The notes: generated by a model not told the origin, from the letters alone. Counted from the first letter of the stretch, positions 8,149-18,621 are shown. The stretch is DNA of 64,000 bases from Solobacterium sp. (GCA_017459725.1 JAFUCL010000103.1:67-64066), one strand, 5' to 3'. Numbers and translations are program-made.

Positions 8149-11100
8149 TTATTCGGCTGTTTCATTCTCTTCCTGCTTCTCTTCGTTGCGGCCTGCTATG
8201 ATCAGCACCAGCACGATCTGGATGATCAGCAGAATCGCCATCAGGATCGTCCATCTGTCGAACAGACGCATGGTCCTGCTCATATCCTCGGTGAGGATGA
8301 ACACCACCACGGAGATCACGGCAATCAGGATGGAAATCAGCGTATGCGGCAGACTGTTCTTTTTGCTTTCTTTTTCATCTGCTTCCTCCGCCTTGGCTTC
8401 CGGCGCATCCTTTTCTTCCTCATCCTCCGTATCTTTCTTACGGTTGATCAGGTATACCGCAGCCATGAAGACTGCCGCAAATACGGACGCTGCCGCCGCA
8501 ATCAGGTTAATCAGAGCCCAGTAACCGACCGGTGCGTTTACCAGAGGTACTGACGCTTCATCGAGTTCAACAAGTTCTGCTTCCCCGTCGTCGCTGATCT
8601 GTACCTGGGCAAGGACTTCCTTGTCACGGTCAGGATCACCTGTACGGATCTGCTCTGTTTCTGCGGTAACCGTCGGTTCAGCTGTTACGGCTGCCGGTGT
8701 GCCGGTGCCTGCCGTTGGCTGTACCGGTGCAGGTGTCTGCGGTGTTTCACCGCCGCCATCACCAGGTTCTTCCGGTGCTGCCGGTACAACGACAGGTTCG
8801 GCTGCGGCCGGTCTGACCGGTGTATAGACAACCGTCAGTTCCAGATCACGCTCAGGCATGCCGTTCTCATCGGATACAACAGCATCGTACTGTGCTTCCA
8901 TACCCTCAATGTGCGGGGATATGATCGGACCGAATGCCTGTCCCTTCTGATATCTTGCCCGGAACGGATCCGCCAGGCTTCTGCCGGCTTCATCGAGATA
9001 CCGCACTGTCAGGAGATATGTGCCGGTGATTTCAAGCACACCGTTCTCGACTGTTACCGCAAACTGCTCAGTGACATCATTTCCGGAAGGATCCTTCACC
9101 ACGGCCTGTCCCTTCAGTTTGGCAGGCCAGATGCCTGCTTCCCTTGCGGTGACTGCCGATTCAAGACCGCTGACGGTATATGTCACACCGTTTACTGTGA
9201 AGGAATCCGCCGCGAAGCCGCTGACCGTATGTTCTTCTCCGTCATAGAGAACCTTATCGCTGTTGGCCTGCATGGTGATTTCATACTTGGCATCACGGTT
9301 GGTTACATTGATGGTTCCGAATACGGTTGTGAAGATGTAGTTGCTTTCTTTCGTATTGGCTGCTAGCACGGTTGTGAATGAGTTCTCGCTGGTGCCCGGG
9401 AGTGTACGGGCTGCGGACGGGATGAACTGTGCTCCTTCACCGGACGCAAAGCCATCACCTGTTACAGTGACACCGCCGCCCTGCAGAGGACTGCCGTCAT
9501 ACTTGCGGCTGATGACTGCCGAGGTCAGCGTTACGCGTCTGGGCAAAATGCGGAGTATGCCGTTTTCCGTCTTCACCGCAAACTGCGATGTGACATCATT
9601 GCCCGCATCATCAATCACGGACGGTGTGCCCGTTACCGTCACGGCGTATTCACCGGCATCTGTTCCGGATCCTTCACCGCTGAGACCGAGAACCGTATAT
9701 TTCTTTCCTTCGTATTCGAATGCGGTGTTCTTCAGCCCGCTTACGGTATACTCATCACCGCTGTACAGATACTCACCGCTTCTGGCACTTACGGTAACCA
9801 GAATCCTGGCATCACGGTTGAGGACTGCGAGTCTTCCGTATTCCTTGCGGATGTTGTAGTTCTCTTCGCTGGTGCCGTCATTCAGTGTATACGTGAAGAG
9901 GTTTTCACTTTCACCGACAATTGTTCTGCCGCTGCTGAATCTCCACACAGCACCTTCATTCTGTGCGAAGCCGTCACCCGATACTTCCACTGTTTCATTG
10001 GTCAGGCTTCTGCCGTTATAAGGCATTTCGGCTGAACCGGAGGTCAGGACAACGTTTCGCTTATCGATCTTCAGGATACCCGGGACCGTACGCACGATGA
10101 ACTGTGAAGTCACATCATTGCCTTCCGCATCCCTGACGACCGGAGTGCCCGTCACATGAACCGGATAGCTTCCGGCATTGACTGCCGTAATTCCGGCACT
10201 GAGACCGCTCACTTCGAAGACTGCATTTCCAACCGTAACCGCCAGCGCTTCACCATCAGCTGCTCCGTTTTCAGCGGAATAAATGCCGCTGAGTGTATGT
10301 TCGCTGCCGTCATAGAGCACGGTTCCGGAAGGTCCGGCTACGGTGATTTCGTATTTCGCTGCATCCGGTCTGCCTGTTACTGTCAGGATTCCGCATGCGG
10401 TCGTTACCACATAATCACCGGGTCTTGTGCCTTCGTTGAATGTATAGGTAAACGTATTCTCGGAAACACCCACGATTGTGCGGCTGCCCGATACATGCAC
10501 GGATATGCCGTCACCTTCGGCGAAACCGTCACCGCCGTACAGAACGGCAGGATTGCTGAGCGGTGTGCCGCTGTAGATCTTTTCGGCATCCGCAGAGCGC
10601 AGGGTGATTCTTCTCGGCTTAACCGTCAGGGTTCCCGGTTTGACGGTGACGATGAACTGGTCGCTGACATCGTTGTTCATTTCATCCAGGACAACCGGTG
10701 TTCCTTCAGCCGTAACCGGATAGCTTCCGGCGTGTACTGCTGCGGTATTCACCGTCAGTCCCGTCACGGTATAGACATGCGAAGCAATTCCGAAGCGGTT
10801 GCTGCGGAGAGTTGTCACGGCATGTTCATGACCGTCATACAGTGCTTCAGCCGAGGAAGTCTCCACGGTGATTGCATAGCGTGCGCTGCGGTTGACAACT
10901 GTAAGGCTGCCGTATTCTTCACGGACATCATAGTTGGATGCTGCCGTACCTGTGCGCATCGTCCAGGTGAAAGTATTCTTTGAGACACCCGGCAGGGTCT
11001 GGGTTCCGGTCACTGTGAAATCAGCCCCTTCACCTTCCGCGAAGCCGTCTCCCGTTACGGTGACATTATCCGCTTTCAGTTCATTGCCGCTGTATTCCGC

Positions 11101-14100
11101 TTCTGCATCTGCTGATGTGAAGACGAGGCTGCGGCGGTTGATTTCGAGCATGCCGTTCTGCAGGGTAACGATGAACTGCGAGGTTACATCATTGCCGTTT
11201 TCATCCAGTACAGCCGGGGTGCCGGTGATCGTTACCGGATAGCTGCCTGCCATGGTTGCGGCTGCTTCGGCAGTAATGCCGGTGACTTTGTATTCATGTC
11301 CGTCTGCCGTGAAGGTATCCTTCACAAAGCCGGATACGCTGTGTTCCTTGCCGTCATAGAGTGTTTTGAGACCTGCGGCCTGTACGGTTACTTCGTACTT
11401 CGCTTCACGGCTGCGGACAACAAGTCTGCCCTCTTCCTTGCGGATATTGTAGTTGGCAGCCAGGGTTCCGTCTGTGAGTCTGTAGTCAAATGTATTGGCG
11501 CTGCTTCCGGGGATCGTCTGCGAACCGCTGACACTGTACGCTGCACCTTCTCCTTCCGCAAAACCGCTGCCGAGCACTTCCACTGTACTGCATGTCAGCG
11601 GACTGCCGTCATATTCTCTGATCGCCCCGGCGGAGCGCAGAACCACATCCCTGCGGACGATGGTCAGGGTTCCGTCATGGGTGCTGATGGTGAACTGATC
11701 CGTCACATCATTGCCTGCCGTATCCGTCACCTTCGGTGTACCGGTTACTGCGGCCGGATAGATGCCTGCGTTTTTCTCATTGACACTGACGTTCAGACCG
11801 CCAATCTGATATCTGTGACCGTCTGCTACGACTTCGGTGCCGCGCAGTTCCGTTGCGGAATGTTCGCTGCCGTCATAGACATACGAAGCATCAACTGCGA
11901 ATACGTCTGCCGTGTACTTCTCTTCACCGCTGCGGTCCTTGACTTCCAGCACACCGAACTTTCTGCTGATTTCATAGTCATCTGCAGATGTGCCGCTCTT
12001 CAGGAAGTAATCAAAGCGGTTATCGGCGGTACCCGGCTGCGTTCTTGTTCCGGTAACCGTAATCACGGCACCTTCGTTTTCCGCAAAACCGTCACCTGAG
12101 ATAATGACGCCCTGGTTCTCCTGCAGTCTTGTTGTCAGCGGATCACCGTCGAATGTCTTGTATGCACTGAGGGATTCGAGATGCACTTTGCGGCGGTCGA
12201 TTGTAAGCGTGCCGTTCTGCACACTGACCGCAAACTGTTCCGTCACCTCGGCGCCCGTACTGTCAAAGACACGCGGTGTACCGGAAACGGTAACCGGATA
12301 TTCACCGGCATGTACGGCCGTTGCCTTTGCACTGAGGCCGGCAACCGTATACGTCCTGCCGTCGATTTCAACCTTGTCACTGATCAGTCCGCTGACTGTA
12401 TGCGTGGTTCCGTCGTACTTTGTATGCAGGCTTCTTGCACTGACTGTGACACCGTACGGTACATCACGGTTCAGTACGTTCAGTGATCCGAACAATGTAC
12501 TGATGCTGTAATTATCCGCATTGGTTCCTGCATTCATCGTGTAGGCAAATGTATTCTCAGAGACGCCTACAACGTTCTGGCTTCCGGTGACATCAAATAC
12601 AGCCCCTTCACCTGCCGCAAAGCCGTCTCCGCTCACTGTTACCGTTGAAGCTCTCAGCGGTATGCCGTCATATTCCTTCTCTGCCGAGGCACTGCTCAGC
12701 GTGACACTGCGTTTGGCAATATTCAGCTCGCCATCACGCAGATGCACCGCAAACTGTGAAGTCACATCATTGCCGTGCGCATCCGTGATCACCGGCAAAC
12801 CGGTAATCGCAACCGGATATGTGCCCGCATTGACGGCGTTTGCCGAAGCACTGAGTCCGCTCAGTGTATAGGACTGACCCCCGACGCTGAACTTGCTTCT
12901 GGTGAGACCCGTAACGGTATGTTCCTGACCGTCATAGAGGAAGTTTCCTCCTGCTGCAGTCACTGTCATATCGTATTTCACCTTACGGTCCGTAACCCGC
13001 AGGATACCCGGAACAGCCGTAATCAGATAGTCACCTGCTTCTGCTCCGCCTGCCAGTCTGTAGGTAAATGTATTGGCACTGGTTCCTGCCGTCAGCTGGG
13101 AACCGGTGACATCGTATTCTGCATAATCATCACCCGCAAAGCCGTCTCCGGATACGGTGACAGACGGTGCGGTAAGCGGTGAGCCGTCATATTCCTTCTC
13201 CACGGATGCGGAGGAAAGCGTAATGCGTCTCGGTTTGATCTGCAGTGTGCCGCTGATGCGTTCGACATCAAACTGTGCGGTAACATCATTGCCCTCTTCA
13301 TCAAGAACAACCGCATCACCTGTAATCTCTACAGGATATGTACCGGCATGCAGTCCTTCGGCCGCTGCACTGAGTCCGCTGACCGTATACTGTCTGCCGT
13401 TGACACGGAATGTATCCAGCAGAATACCTTCAACGTTCTGTGTTTCACCGCTGTATACCGTTTCGCGGGAAGCTGCCGTAACCGTAATCTTCAGATGTTC
13501 ATCCGCATTGCGGTCGGTGATTGTCAGCGTTCCGTATTCAGAAGAGATGATGTAGTTTGCTGCACTGGTCTGATCCGCCGGCACATATGTGAATGTGTTC
13601 AGCGAAGAGCCCGGCAGAAGCTGTCTTCCGGTCAGGGTGACACTGACGCCTTCACCCTGTACGAAACCGTCACCGCGGATACTGATGCCGCTGTTGTCGA
13701 GATCTGCCGTTGTCAGTGCCGATCCGTCATAGGCCTTGGCAGCCGATGCGGAAACCAGAACGACACTGCGCTTACTGATGGTTAGGGTTCCCTTTTCAGC
13801 AGTGACCGCAAACTGCGATGTGACATCGTTGCCTGCTTCATCCTTCACCACTGCCGTTCCCCTTACAGGGATGGAATAGGTACCGGCATTCTTCTGTTCG
13901 ATGGAAGCACTGAGTCCGCTGATCCGGTAATTGTTGCCGTCCACCGTGAATGTTTCATTCTCAATACCGCCGGCTTTCTGCATTTCACCGTTATAGACCA
14001 GATCATGATCTGCAGCTTTGACGGTTACCGTATACAGCGCATCACGGTTGGTGACGGTCAGTGTGCCGTACACAACGGATACGGTATAGTTTGCTGCATT

Positions 14101-17100
14101 TGTGCCGCTGCGGAAGCCGTAGGTAAACCGGTTCTCGGATGAGCCGACAACCGTCTGTAAACCCGTTACTCTGAATTCTGCGCCTTCACCTGCCGCAAAG
14201 CCTTCACCGCCTACAGTTACATCACTGTTGCGCAGCGGGTTGCCGTTATACGGTCTGGAATCGGAAGCGGAGGTCAGAACGATTCTTCTCTCCCGCACCG
14301 TAAGGATTCCCGATGCATATGCAGGTTCATAGTTCGGATTCTCTGCCCTTAACGAATACACCAGCGTTCCGGCATCGGTGAGTTCGGGTGCTGTATCCGT
14401 CCAGCTGTTTCCTTCATCCAGGCTGTAGGAAAGCACGGTATTCTCAGGAACACCGCCCTGTACACCTGCAGAGAGAGGAATACCGTCATATGCTTTCTGC
14501 CCGGATACTGCACTTACGGAAAGCACGCCTTTGCGGACAGTCAGTTCACTGCCCGTGAATGACACTTCGTAGTTGCCCTGATTCTTTTCATATTCTGCAC
14601 TGATTGCGTAGGTTCCGGCATCTTCACCGGCTTCTCTCTTCAGTGTATAGGCAATTGTATCTCCCTCAAGCACCCCGGTAATCTCTGCTTCAAGTACAGG
14701 ATCAGCACTGCCGAATACCTTCGCGGCAGGCAGTATAGTGATCTGCACCGGACGCGGGGTGATCTCGATCACCGCTTCAGCCTCGGCCGGTTCATAATTC
14801 GGATTCTCTGCCTTGATACGGACTGTCATCCTGCCGGCATCCTTAAGACCCGGAGCTTCTTCACTCCAGGTGCTGCCGTTATCCGTACTGTAGGAAACGG
14901 TTGTTCCTTCGGATACAGATGGCTGTGCGGAAATGCTGTGCACGGCACCGTCATAAACACCGGTATATCCCGATGCATAGATGCTGAGTGTACCGGCCTT
15001 TTCGATGACAAATGAACCGTCTTCAAACGATACCGTATAGTTGCCCTGCACTTCATTGCCTGTGCTGTGAATAACATAGGTTCCTGTTTCTTCGCCGGCA
15101 TCTCTTCTGAGGGTATATGCAATCCGGCGTTCTTCACCCGGTTTACAGCCGGTAATGACAGCCTCCAGGACAGGATCTTTTTCACCGAACGTCTTGCCGC
15201 TGTCTGCAGCTTTGACGGTTACCGGCGCTCTGCTGATTTCAAGCGTTCCGGGTATCGTTTCGGTCACGATATATCTGCCGGTGGTATCGATCAGACCAAT
15301 GGTGCCATCCGCAAACGCATTCGTATATGTGCCGGCATCCGTGCCTGAAACACCGCATACAACACCATTGAAGACAACCCCTGCCGGTGATACCGAATAT
15401 CCGGATATACTGTGTTCACTGCCGTCATAGACGGTGGTGAGGCTTTCCGCCTGCAACGCTGCATTGATGCAGTATTCCATGCGGATCTCCATACCTGCCG
15501 CAGATACGGTTACTGTCTTTGCGCCGCTGCGCGGTGTGTATCCTTCGATCTGTTTCGGGGATACTTCCACCGTTTCACCAAAGCGCTTCATCACGGTTTC
15601 TGCCGGTACGATCAGCTCATCCGTGCCCTGGATATAATGTCCTACCTTGACACTCACCAGACGCTTTGTGTAGTATACACGGATAACATTCTTGCTTTCA
15701 TCCGCATCCACTGTAATAGAGGACGGTTCGGCAGAACTGAATGTGAATCCGGTTCTTGTCTTATCGGTATATGAAGAAATCACGGTTCCGATCGGTGTGC
15801 CGGAAGAAACAATTGTTTCCGACGCATCCATCACACCGTCATAGTAGTATTCAACCCGGTAACGTGACGAAGTAGCCCGGTAGCCTCCGTAGAAAGTTGT
15901 ATTGCCGCTCAGACTTCCGGAGAAATCAGCCGGTACCGTATAACCGGGATCCAGATACCAGCCCGTAAACTCATAGCTGATACCGTTGTAATTCATTGTC
16001 TGCGGAACTGCTTTGGCCGATGGACGCTTTACTGCACTCAGGGCTGTTCCTTCCGTGAATCTCTGCGCATAATCCGTCAGGCCTTCCGGCTGTGAATTGT
16101 ACGGATATTTAACCGCAAAACTGACACTGACATATGACGTCTCGTTGAGAACGCAGATATAGTCCATATGGTACGTGTGGACTTTGCTGACATACGGATT
16201 GTAGGAATTGTATCCGGCATTCGCACCGGATGAAACGGTTACACGGAACGGCTGCAGTGTGTAGTAGCCGTATTCCTCTGCTTCAGGTGATCCGGCCTGC
16301 GCATAATGGTATGTCACACCATCATAGGTCAGATCCGGATACAGTGGTTTGACAGTACCGCCCACCGTATAATCCGTGATGACTGTTCCGAGTGAGAGAG
16401 GACCGGGATCCTTGGCACCGCTGATTTTGGATACACCCAGACCAAACCATCTGGAATCGGCGTTGCTGTTGTTATTGTTGGCATCAGCTCCCGGAATCAG
16501 GCCATAGTGATAAAGATCATATTCACTGAATTCCACGTTTACCGAAGCGGAGGCTGTGTATGTATTGCCGTACAGACTGTCCTCTTCCGGTGCAACCGCA
16601 GCTGTCACAACGGCAGTGCCCGATGAAACAGCGGTTAAGGTACCGTTGTCAACGGTCACAACCGACGGATCGGAGGATGTCCATACAATTGTATTCTCAG
16701 AACTGATATTGTTCAGTTTGGCCTTCAGAACGGCTGTGTCTCCGATGCCCTGCAGGGAGACGGAAACAGGTGAAACGGAAATGGAAGGAACAAGTACGGC
16801 TTCCTGTACATATACCGTATATGTACCGGCAGTCGTATATCCGCTCCAGCCAGAACCTGTCTCAAACGTAATGACGGCAGTGCCTGCATTCAGTGCAGTC
16901 ACAACACCTGCAGATGAGACTTTCGCCACCGATGAATCAGATGATTTCCACTTTTTGCTGCTGTACCACAAACTTACTTCGGGCTGCGGAATCTTCAGGG
17001 TTTCACCCACACGCAGTGTGTATTCCGCGCTGTCGCTCTGTACGGAAGATGTCGTGGTAACAACATAGGTTGAGAATCCGGACGCACTGAAAGAAACCGC

Positions 17101-18309
17101 ATCCGCACTTGCTGAATCGGATACTTTCTCAATACTTCCGCTGTTATCGACATGGAATACCGATGCAGCTTCACCCTGCTTAACACCGGCACCCGTAATG
17201 GATACATGCACCGGTTTCTGCGGCTCTATTTCGCTGCCGTTCCGGTCATGGATTGTAATATCATAGGCAACATAGTCGACCAGCTCATTGTCATCACCGA
17301 TTGCACCCTCAATCGCAGAAAGAACATGACCTGCCGATACGATTCTGACCTGTACCGAAGAATTCTCGGGGAGAGCTCCTTCCGGCGCGTCAATCACGAT
17401 TAAAGCACCATCGGATGCAAATGCCTGCAGTGTCATGGCCGGCATCTTTTCTTCTTCCGGTTCTTCTTCCTCAGGTTCTTCTTCCTCAGGTTCTTCTTCC
17501 TTTTCGGGTTTCTCGGTTTTTTCCGGCTTCTCTGTTTTTTCCGGTTTTGCACTTTCTTCCGGTTCTGCTGTCTCCTCAGGTTCCGCGGTTTCTTCAGGTT
17601 CTGCGGTTTCTTCAGGCTCTGCGGTTTCCTCCGGTTTTGCGGTTTCCTGCGGTTCAGCAGTTTCTTCCGGCTGCGCTGTTTCGGCAGGCTGTTCGCTTTC
17701 CTGCGGTTGTGCGCTTGCTTCCGGAGCAGCTGTTTCTTCAGGGACTGCTGTCTCCTGCGGTACGGTTGTCTCGGCCGGAGCAACTGTTTCTTCCGGAGCA
17801 GGTTCCTGGACAGGTTCCGGTTCACTCACCGGCTCCGCTGCCGGTTCAGGTACGGCTGCCGGTTCAGGTTCAGCGACAGGCTCGGGTTCGGGTGCCGGTT
17901 CCGGAACAGGTTCCTCTGCCGGTACTTCCACGACGACCTCGGGTGCCGGTTCTTCTGCCGGTGCCTCGGGAATCACTTCCGGAGCAGGTTCTTCCGCCGG
18001 TGCCTCTGGAACTACTTCCGGAGCAGGCTCTTCAACCACAGGTTCTTCAACAGGCTGCTCTGCTTCTTCAACTACGATCTCCTGCGGTATTTCCTCAGGA
18101 GCTTCTTCTTCGAGGAACACTTCAATTGTTTCTTCTGAAAGTCCCTCTTCTTCCGTGTATGCTTCATCCGTTACAGCTGTTTCATCCGGCAGCTCCGTTG
18201 CATACAGAATCCGTTCTGTTGAGCTGGACAGTCCGTACGTCACTACGACCACCAAAGCTACAAACAACAGCGTAATCCTTCTAAGAATCTTCCGCATTGT
18301 CTTATTCAT
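8149..18309 (-). CDS. Giant (3386 aa) repetitive cell-surface protein, putative adhesin: signal peptide, acidic E/P/A stalk, Big_2-like, InlB-B-like, MucBP-like and MBG-like domains, three C-terminal TM helices
   Basis: Single 10.2 kb ORF; signal peptide ending ILYA; KWKSSDSSVAKVSSAGVVTAL (Ig group 2); FTGWYLD; repeated YDG..GxLxI modules; three hydrophobic segments in the last 130 aa; no LPXTG. Confidence 0.9.
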   Translation of the reverse strand: MNKTMRKILRRITLLFVALVVVVTYGLSSSTERILYATELPDETAVTDEAYTEEEGLSEETIEVFLEEEAPEEIPQEIVVEEAEQPVEEPVVEEPAPEVVPEAPAEEPAPEVIPEAPAEEPAPEVVVEVPAEEPVPEPAPEPEPVAEPEPAAVPEPAAEPVSEPEPVQEPAPEETVAPAETTVPQETAVPEETAAPEASAQPQESEQPAETAQPEETAEPQETAKPEETAEPEETAEPEETAEPEETAEPEESAKPEKTEKPEKTEKPEKEEEPEEEEPEEEEPEEEKMPAMTLQAFASDGALIVIDAPEGALPENSSVQVRIVSAGHVLSAIEGAIGDDNELVDYVAYDITIHDRNGSEIEPQKPVHVSITGAGVKQGEAASVFHVDNSGSIEKVSDSASADAVSFSASGFSTYVVTTTSSVQSDSAEYTLRVGETLKIPQPEVSLWYSSKKWKSSDSSVAKVSSAGVVTALNAGTAVITFETGSGWSGYTTAGTYTVYVQEAVLVPSISVSPVSVSLQGIGDTAVLKAKLNNISSENTIVWTSSDPSVVTVDNGTLTAVSSGTAVVTAAVAPEEDSLYGNTYTASASVNVEFSEYDLYHYGLIPGADANNNNSNADSRWFGLGVSKISGAKDPGPLSLGTVITDYTVGGTVKPLYPDLTYDGVTYHYAQAGSPEAEEYGYYTLQPFRVTVSSGANAGYNSYNPYVSKVHTYHMDYICVLNETSYVSVSFAVKYPYNSQPEGLTDYAQRFTEGTALSAVKRPSAKAVPQTMNYNGISYEFTGWYLDPGYTVPADFSGSLSGNTTFYGGYRATSSRYRVEYYYDGVMDASETIVSSGTPIGTVISSYTDKTRTGFTFSSAEPSSITVDADESKNVIRVYYTKRLVSVKVGHYIQGTDELIVPAETVMKRFGETVEVSPKQIEGYTPRSGAKTVTVSAAGMEIRMEYCINAALQAESLTTVYDGSEHSISGYSVSPAGVVFNGVVCGVSGTDAGTYTNAFADGTIGLIDTTGRYIVTETIPGTLEISRAPVTVKAADSGKTFGEKDPVLEAVITGCKPGEERRIAYTLRRDAGEETGTYVIHSTGNEVQGNYTVSFEDGSFVIEKAGTLSIYASGYTGVYDGAVHSISAQPSVSEGTTVSYSTDNGSTWSEEAPGLKDAGRMTVRIKAENPNYEPAEAEAVIEITPRPVQITILPAAKVFGSADPVLEAEITGVLEGDTIAYTLKREAGEDAGTYAISAEYEKNQGNYEVSFTGSELTVRKGVLSVSAVSGQKAYDGIPLSAGVQGGVPENTVLSYSLDEGNSWTDTAPELTDAGTLVYSLRAENPNYEPAYASGILTVRERRIVLTSASDSRPYNGNPLRNSDVTVGGEGFAAGEGAEFRVTGLQTVVGSSENRFTYGFRSGTNAANYTVSVVYGTLTVTNRDALYTVTVKAADHDLVYNGEMQKAGGIENETFTVDGNNYRISGLSASIEQKNAGTYSIPVRGTAVVKDEAGNDVTSQFAVTAEKGTLTISKRSVVLVSASAAKAYDGSALTTADLDNSGISIRGDGFVQGEGVSVTLTGRQLLPGSSLNTFTYVPADQTSAANYIISSEYGTLTITDRNADEHLKITVTAASRETVYSGETQNVEGILLDTFRVNGRQYTVSGLSAAAEGLHAGTYPVEITGDAVVLDEEGNDVTAQFDVERISGTLQIKPRRITLSSASVEKEYDGSPLTAPSVTVSGDGFAGDDYAEYDVTGSQLTAGTSANTFTYRLAGGAEAGDYLITAVPGILRVTDRKVKYDMTVTAAGGNFLYDGQEHTVTGLTRSKFSVGGQSYTLSGLSASANAVNAGTYPVAITGLPVITDAHGNDVTSQFAVHLRDGELNIAKRSVTLSSASAEKEYDGIPLRASTVTVSGDGFAAGEGAVFDVTGSQNVVGVSENTFAYTMNAGTNADNYSISTLFGSLNVLNRDVPYGVTVSARSLHTKYDGTTHTVSGLISDKVEIDGRTYTVAGLSAKATAVHAGEYPVTVSGTPRVFDSTGAEVTEQFAVSVQNGTLTIDRRKVHLESLSAYKTFDGDPLTTRLQENQGVIISGDGFAENEGAVITVTGTRTQPGTADNRFDYFLKSGTSADDYEISRKFGVLEVKDRSGEEKYTADVFAVDASYVYDGSEHSATELRGTEVVADGHRYQIGGLNVSVNEKNAGIYPAAVTGTPKVTDTAGNDVTDQFTISTHDGTLTIVRRDVVLRSAGAIREYDGSPLTCSTVEVLGSGFAEGEGAAYSVSGSQTIPGSSANTFDYRLTDGTLAANYNIRKEEGRLVVRSREAKYEVTVQAAGLKTLYDGKEHSVSGFVKDTFTADGHEYKVTGITAEAAATMAGSYPVTITGTPAVLDENGNDVTSQFIVTLQNGMLEINRRSLVFTSADAEAEYSGNELKADNVTVTGDGFAEGEGADFTVTGTQTLPGVSKNTFTWTMRTGTAASNYDVREEYGSLTVVNRSARYAITVETSSAEALYDGHEHAVTTLRSNRFGIASHVYTVTGLTVNTAAVHAGSYPVTAEGTPVVLDEMNNDVSDQFIVTVKPGTLTVKPRRITLRSADAEKIYSGTPLSNPAVLYGGDGFAEGDGISVHVSGSRTIVGVSENTFTYTFNEGTRPGDYVVTTACGILTVTGRPDAAKYEITVAGPSGTVLYDGSEHTLSGIYSAENGAADGEALAVTVGNAVFEVSGLSAGITAVNAGSYPVHVTGTPVVRDAEGNDVTSQFIVRTVPGILKIDKRNVVLTSGSAEMPYNGRSLTNETVEVSGDGFAQNEGAVWRFSSGRTIVGESENLFTYTLNDGTSEENYNIRKEYGRLAVLNRDARILVTVSARSGEYLYSGDEYTVSGLKNTAFEYEGKKYTVLGLSGEGSGTDAGEYAVTVTGTPSVIDDAGNDVTSQFAVKTENGILRILPRRVTLTSAVISRKYDGSPLQGGGVTVTGDGFASGEGAQFIPSAARTLPGTSENSFTTVLAANTKESNYIFTTVFGTINVTNRDAKYEITMQANSDKVLYDGEEHTVSGFAADSFTVNGVTYTVSGLESAVTAREAGIWPAKLKGQAVVKDPSGNDVTEQFAVTVENGVLEITGTYLLTVRYLDEAGRSLADPFRARYQKGQAFGPIISPHIEGMEAQYDAVVSDENGMPERDLELTVVYTPVRPAAAEPVVVPAAPEEPGDGGGETPQTPAPVQPTAGTGTPAAVTAEPTVTAETEQIRTGDPDRDKEVLAQVQISDDGEAELVELDEASVPLVNAPVGYWALINLIAAAASVFAAVFMAAVYLINRKKDTEDEEEKDAPEAKAEEADEKESKKNSLPHTLISILIAVISVVVFILTEDMSRTMRLFDRWTILMAILLIIQIVLVLIIAGRNEEKQEENETAE
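9025..14292 (-). repeat. Ten tandem intragenic repeats of about 173 aa, each made of two MBG-like modules
   Basis: Ten GNDVTxQF-type motifs at about 13823, 13282, 12762, 12242, 11702, 11183, 10666, 10110, 9591 and 9072 (spacing about 517-556 bp), each preceded by LTSASxxKxYDG..GDGFAxGEG..ENTFxY. Confidence 0.9.
17449..18190 (-). repeat. Low-complexity Glu/Pro/Ala stalk with short tandem repeats
   Basis: At least six imperfect 18-bp units (ETAEPE) at 17563-17670; two exact 15-bp units ttcttcttcctcagg at 17461-17490; three EEPAPEV-type units. Confidence 0.85.
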
Positions 18310-18484
18310 ACGAGTCCTCGTTTCTATGATCTTTATCGTTCATACTGTTCCGGTAAGACTTGATTCTCTGTTTAATACTTTTCTCTTCCTGACGGTAGCG
18401 AAGATAACGCAGAATAAATGACACAGCCAGCAGTGCAATGCCCAGAATGAGCAGAATATCTGAAATCCATCCCGTCCGCATCAT
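18302..18484 (-). CDS. Single-TM microprotein (about 60 aa)
   Basis: AAGGAGGT RBS; start overlaps the upstream stop (ATGA); TM ILLILGIALLAVSFIL then basic tail; stop overlaps the giant gene start (ATGAATAA). Confidence 0.7.
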   Translation of the reverse strand: MMRTGWISDILLILGIALLAVSFILRYLRYRQEEKSIKQRIKSYRNSMNDKDHRNEDSYE

Positions 18485-18621
18485 CCTAAACCTCCTTCCG
18501 GATACTTCCGCCGGCATTCCTCCCGGTACCGTCTGCTCTGCACTTCATGATAAATGCGGCCGGCCAGGAAAATGATGACGGCAAGCACCGCACATAACAA
18601 AGCCCATACATCAGCGCTCAT
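18481..18621 (-). CDS. Single-TM microprotein (about 46 aa; alternative start 18627)
   Basis: GAAAGCGGG RBS-like; TM VWALLCAVLAVIIFLAG then R-rich tail; start and stop both overlap neighbours. The longer 114-aa version in the ORF track overlaps the upstream gene and is unlikely. Confidence 0.65.
   Translation of the reverse strand: MSADVWALLCAVLAVIIFLAGRIYHEVQSRRYREECRRKYPEGGLG

Noticed and set aside
9025-14292. Possible CRISPR array or assembly collapse in the periodic region
   Set aside because: The period is about 519 bp, in frame and diverged at synonymous sites; no short identical repeats with unique spacers
8186-17403. Many 60-275 aa plus-strand ORFs opposite the giant gene
   Set aside because: Antisense shadows of a strongly biased coding strand; no recognisable motifs
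17415-18421. Long alternative-frame ORFs (286 aa, 328 aa, 130 aa, 143 aa) over the acidic stalk
   Set aside because: Shadows of low-complexity E/P/A codons that lack stops in other frames; products are S/G or L/P/R runs with no RBS
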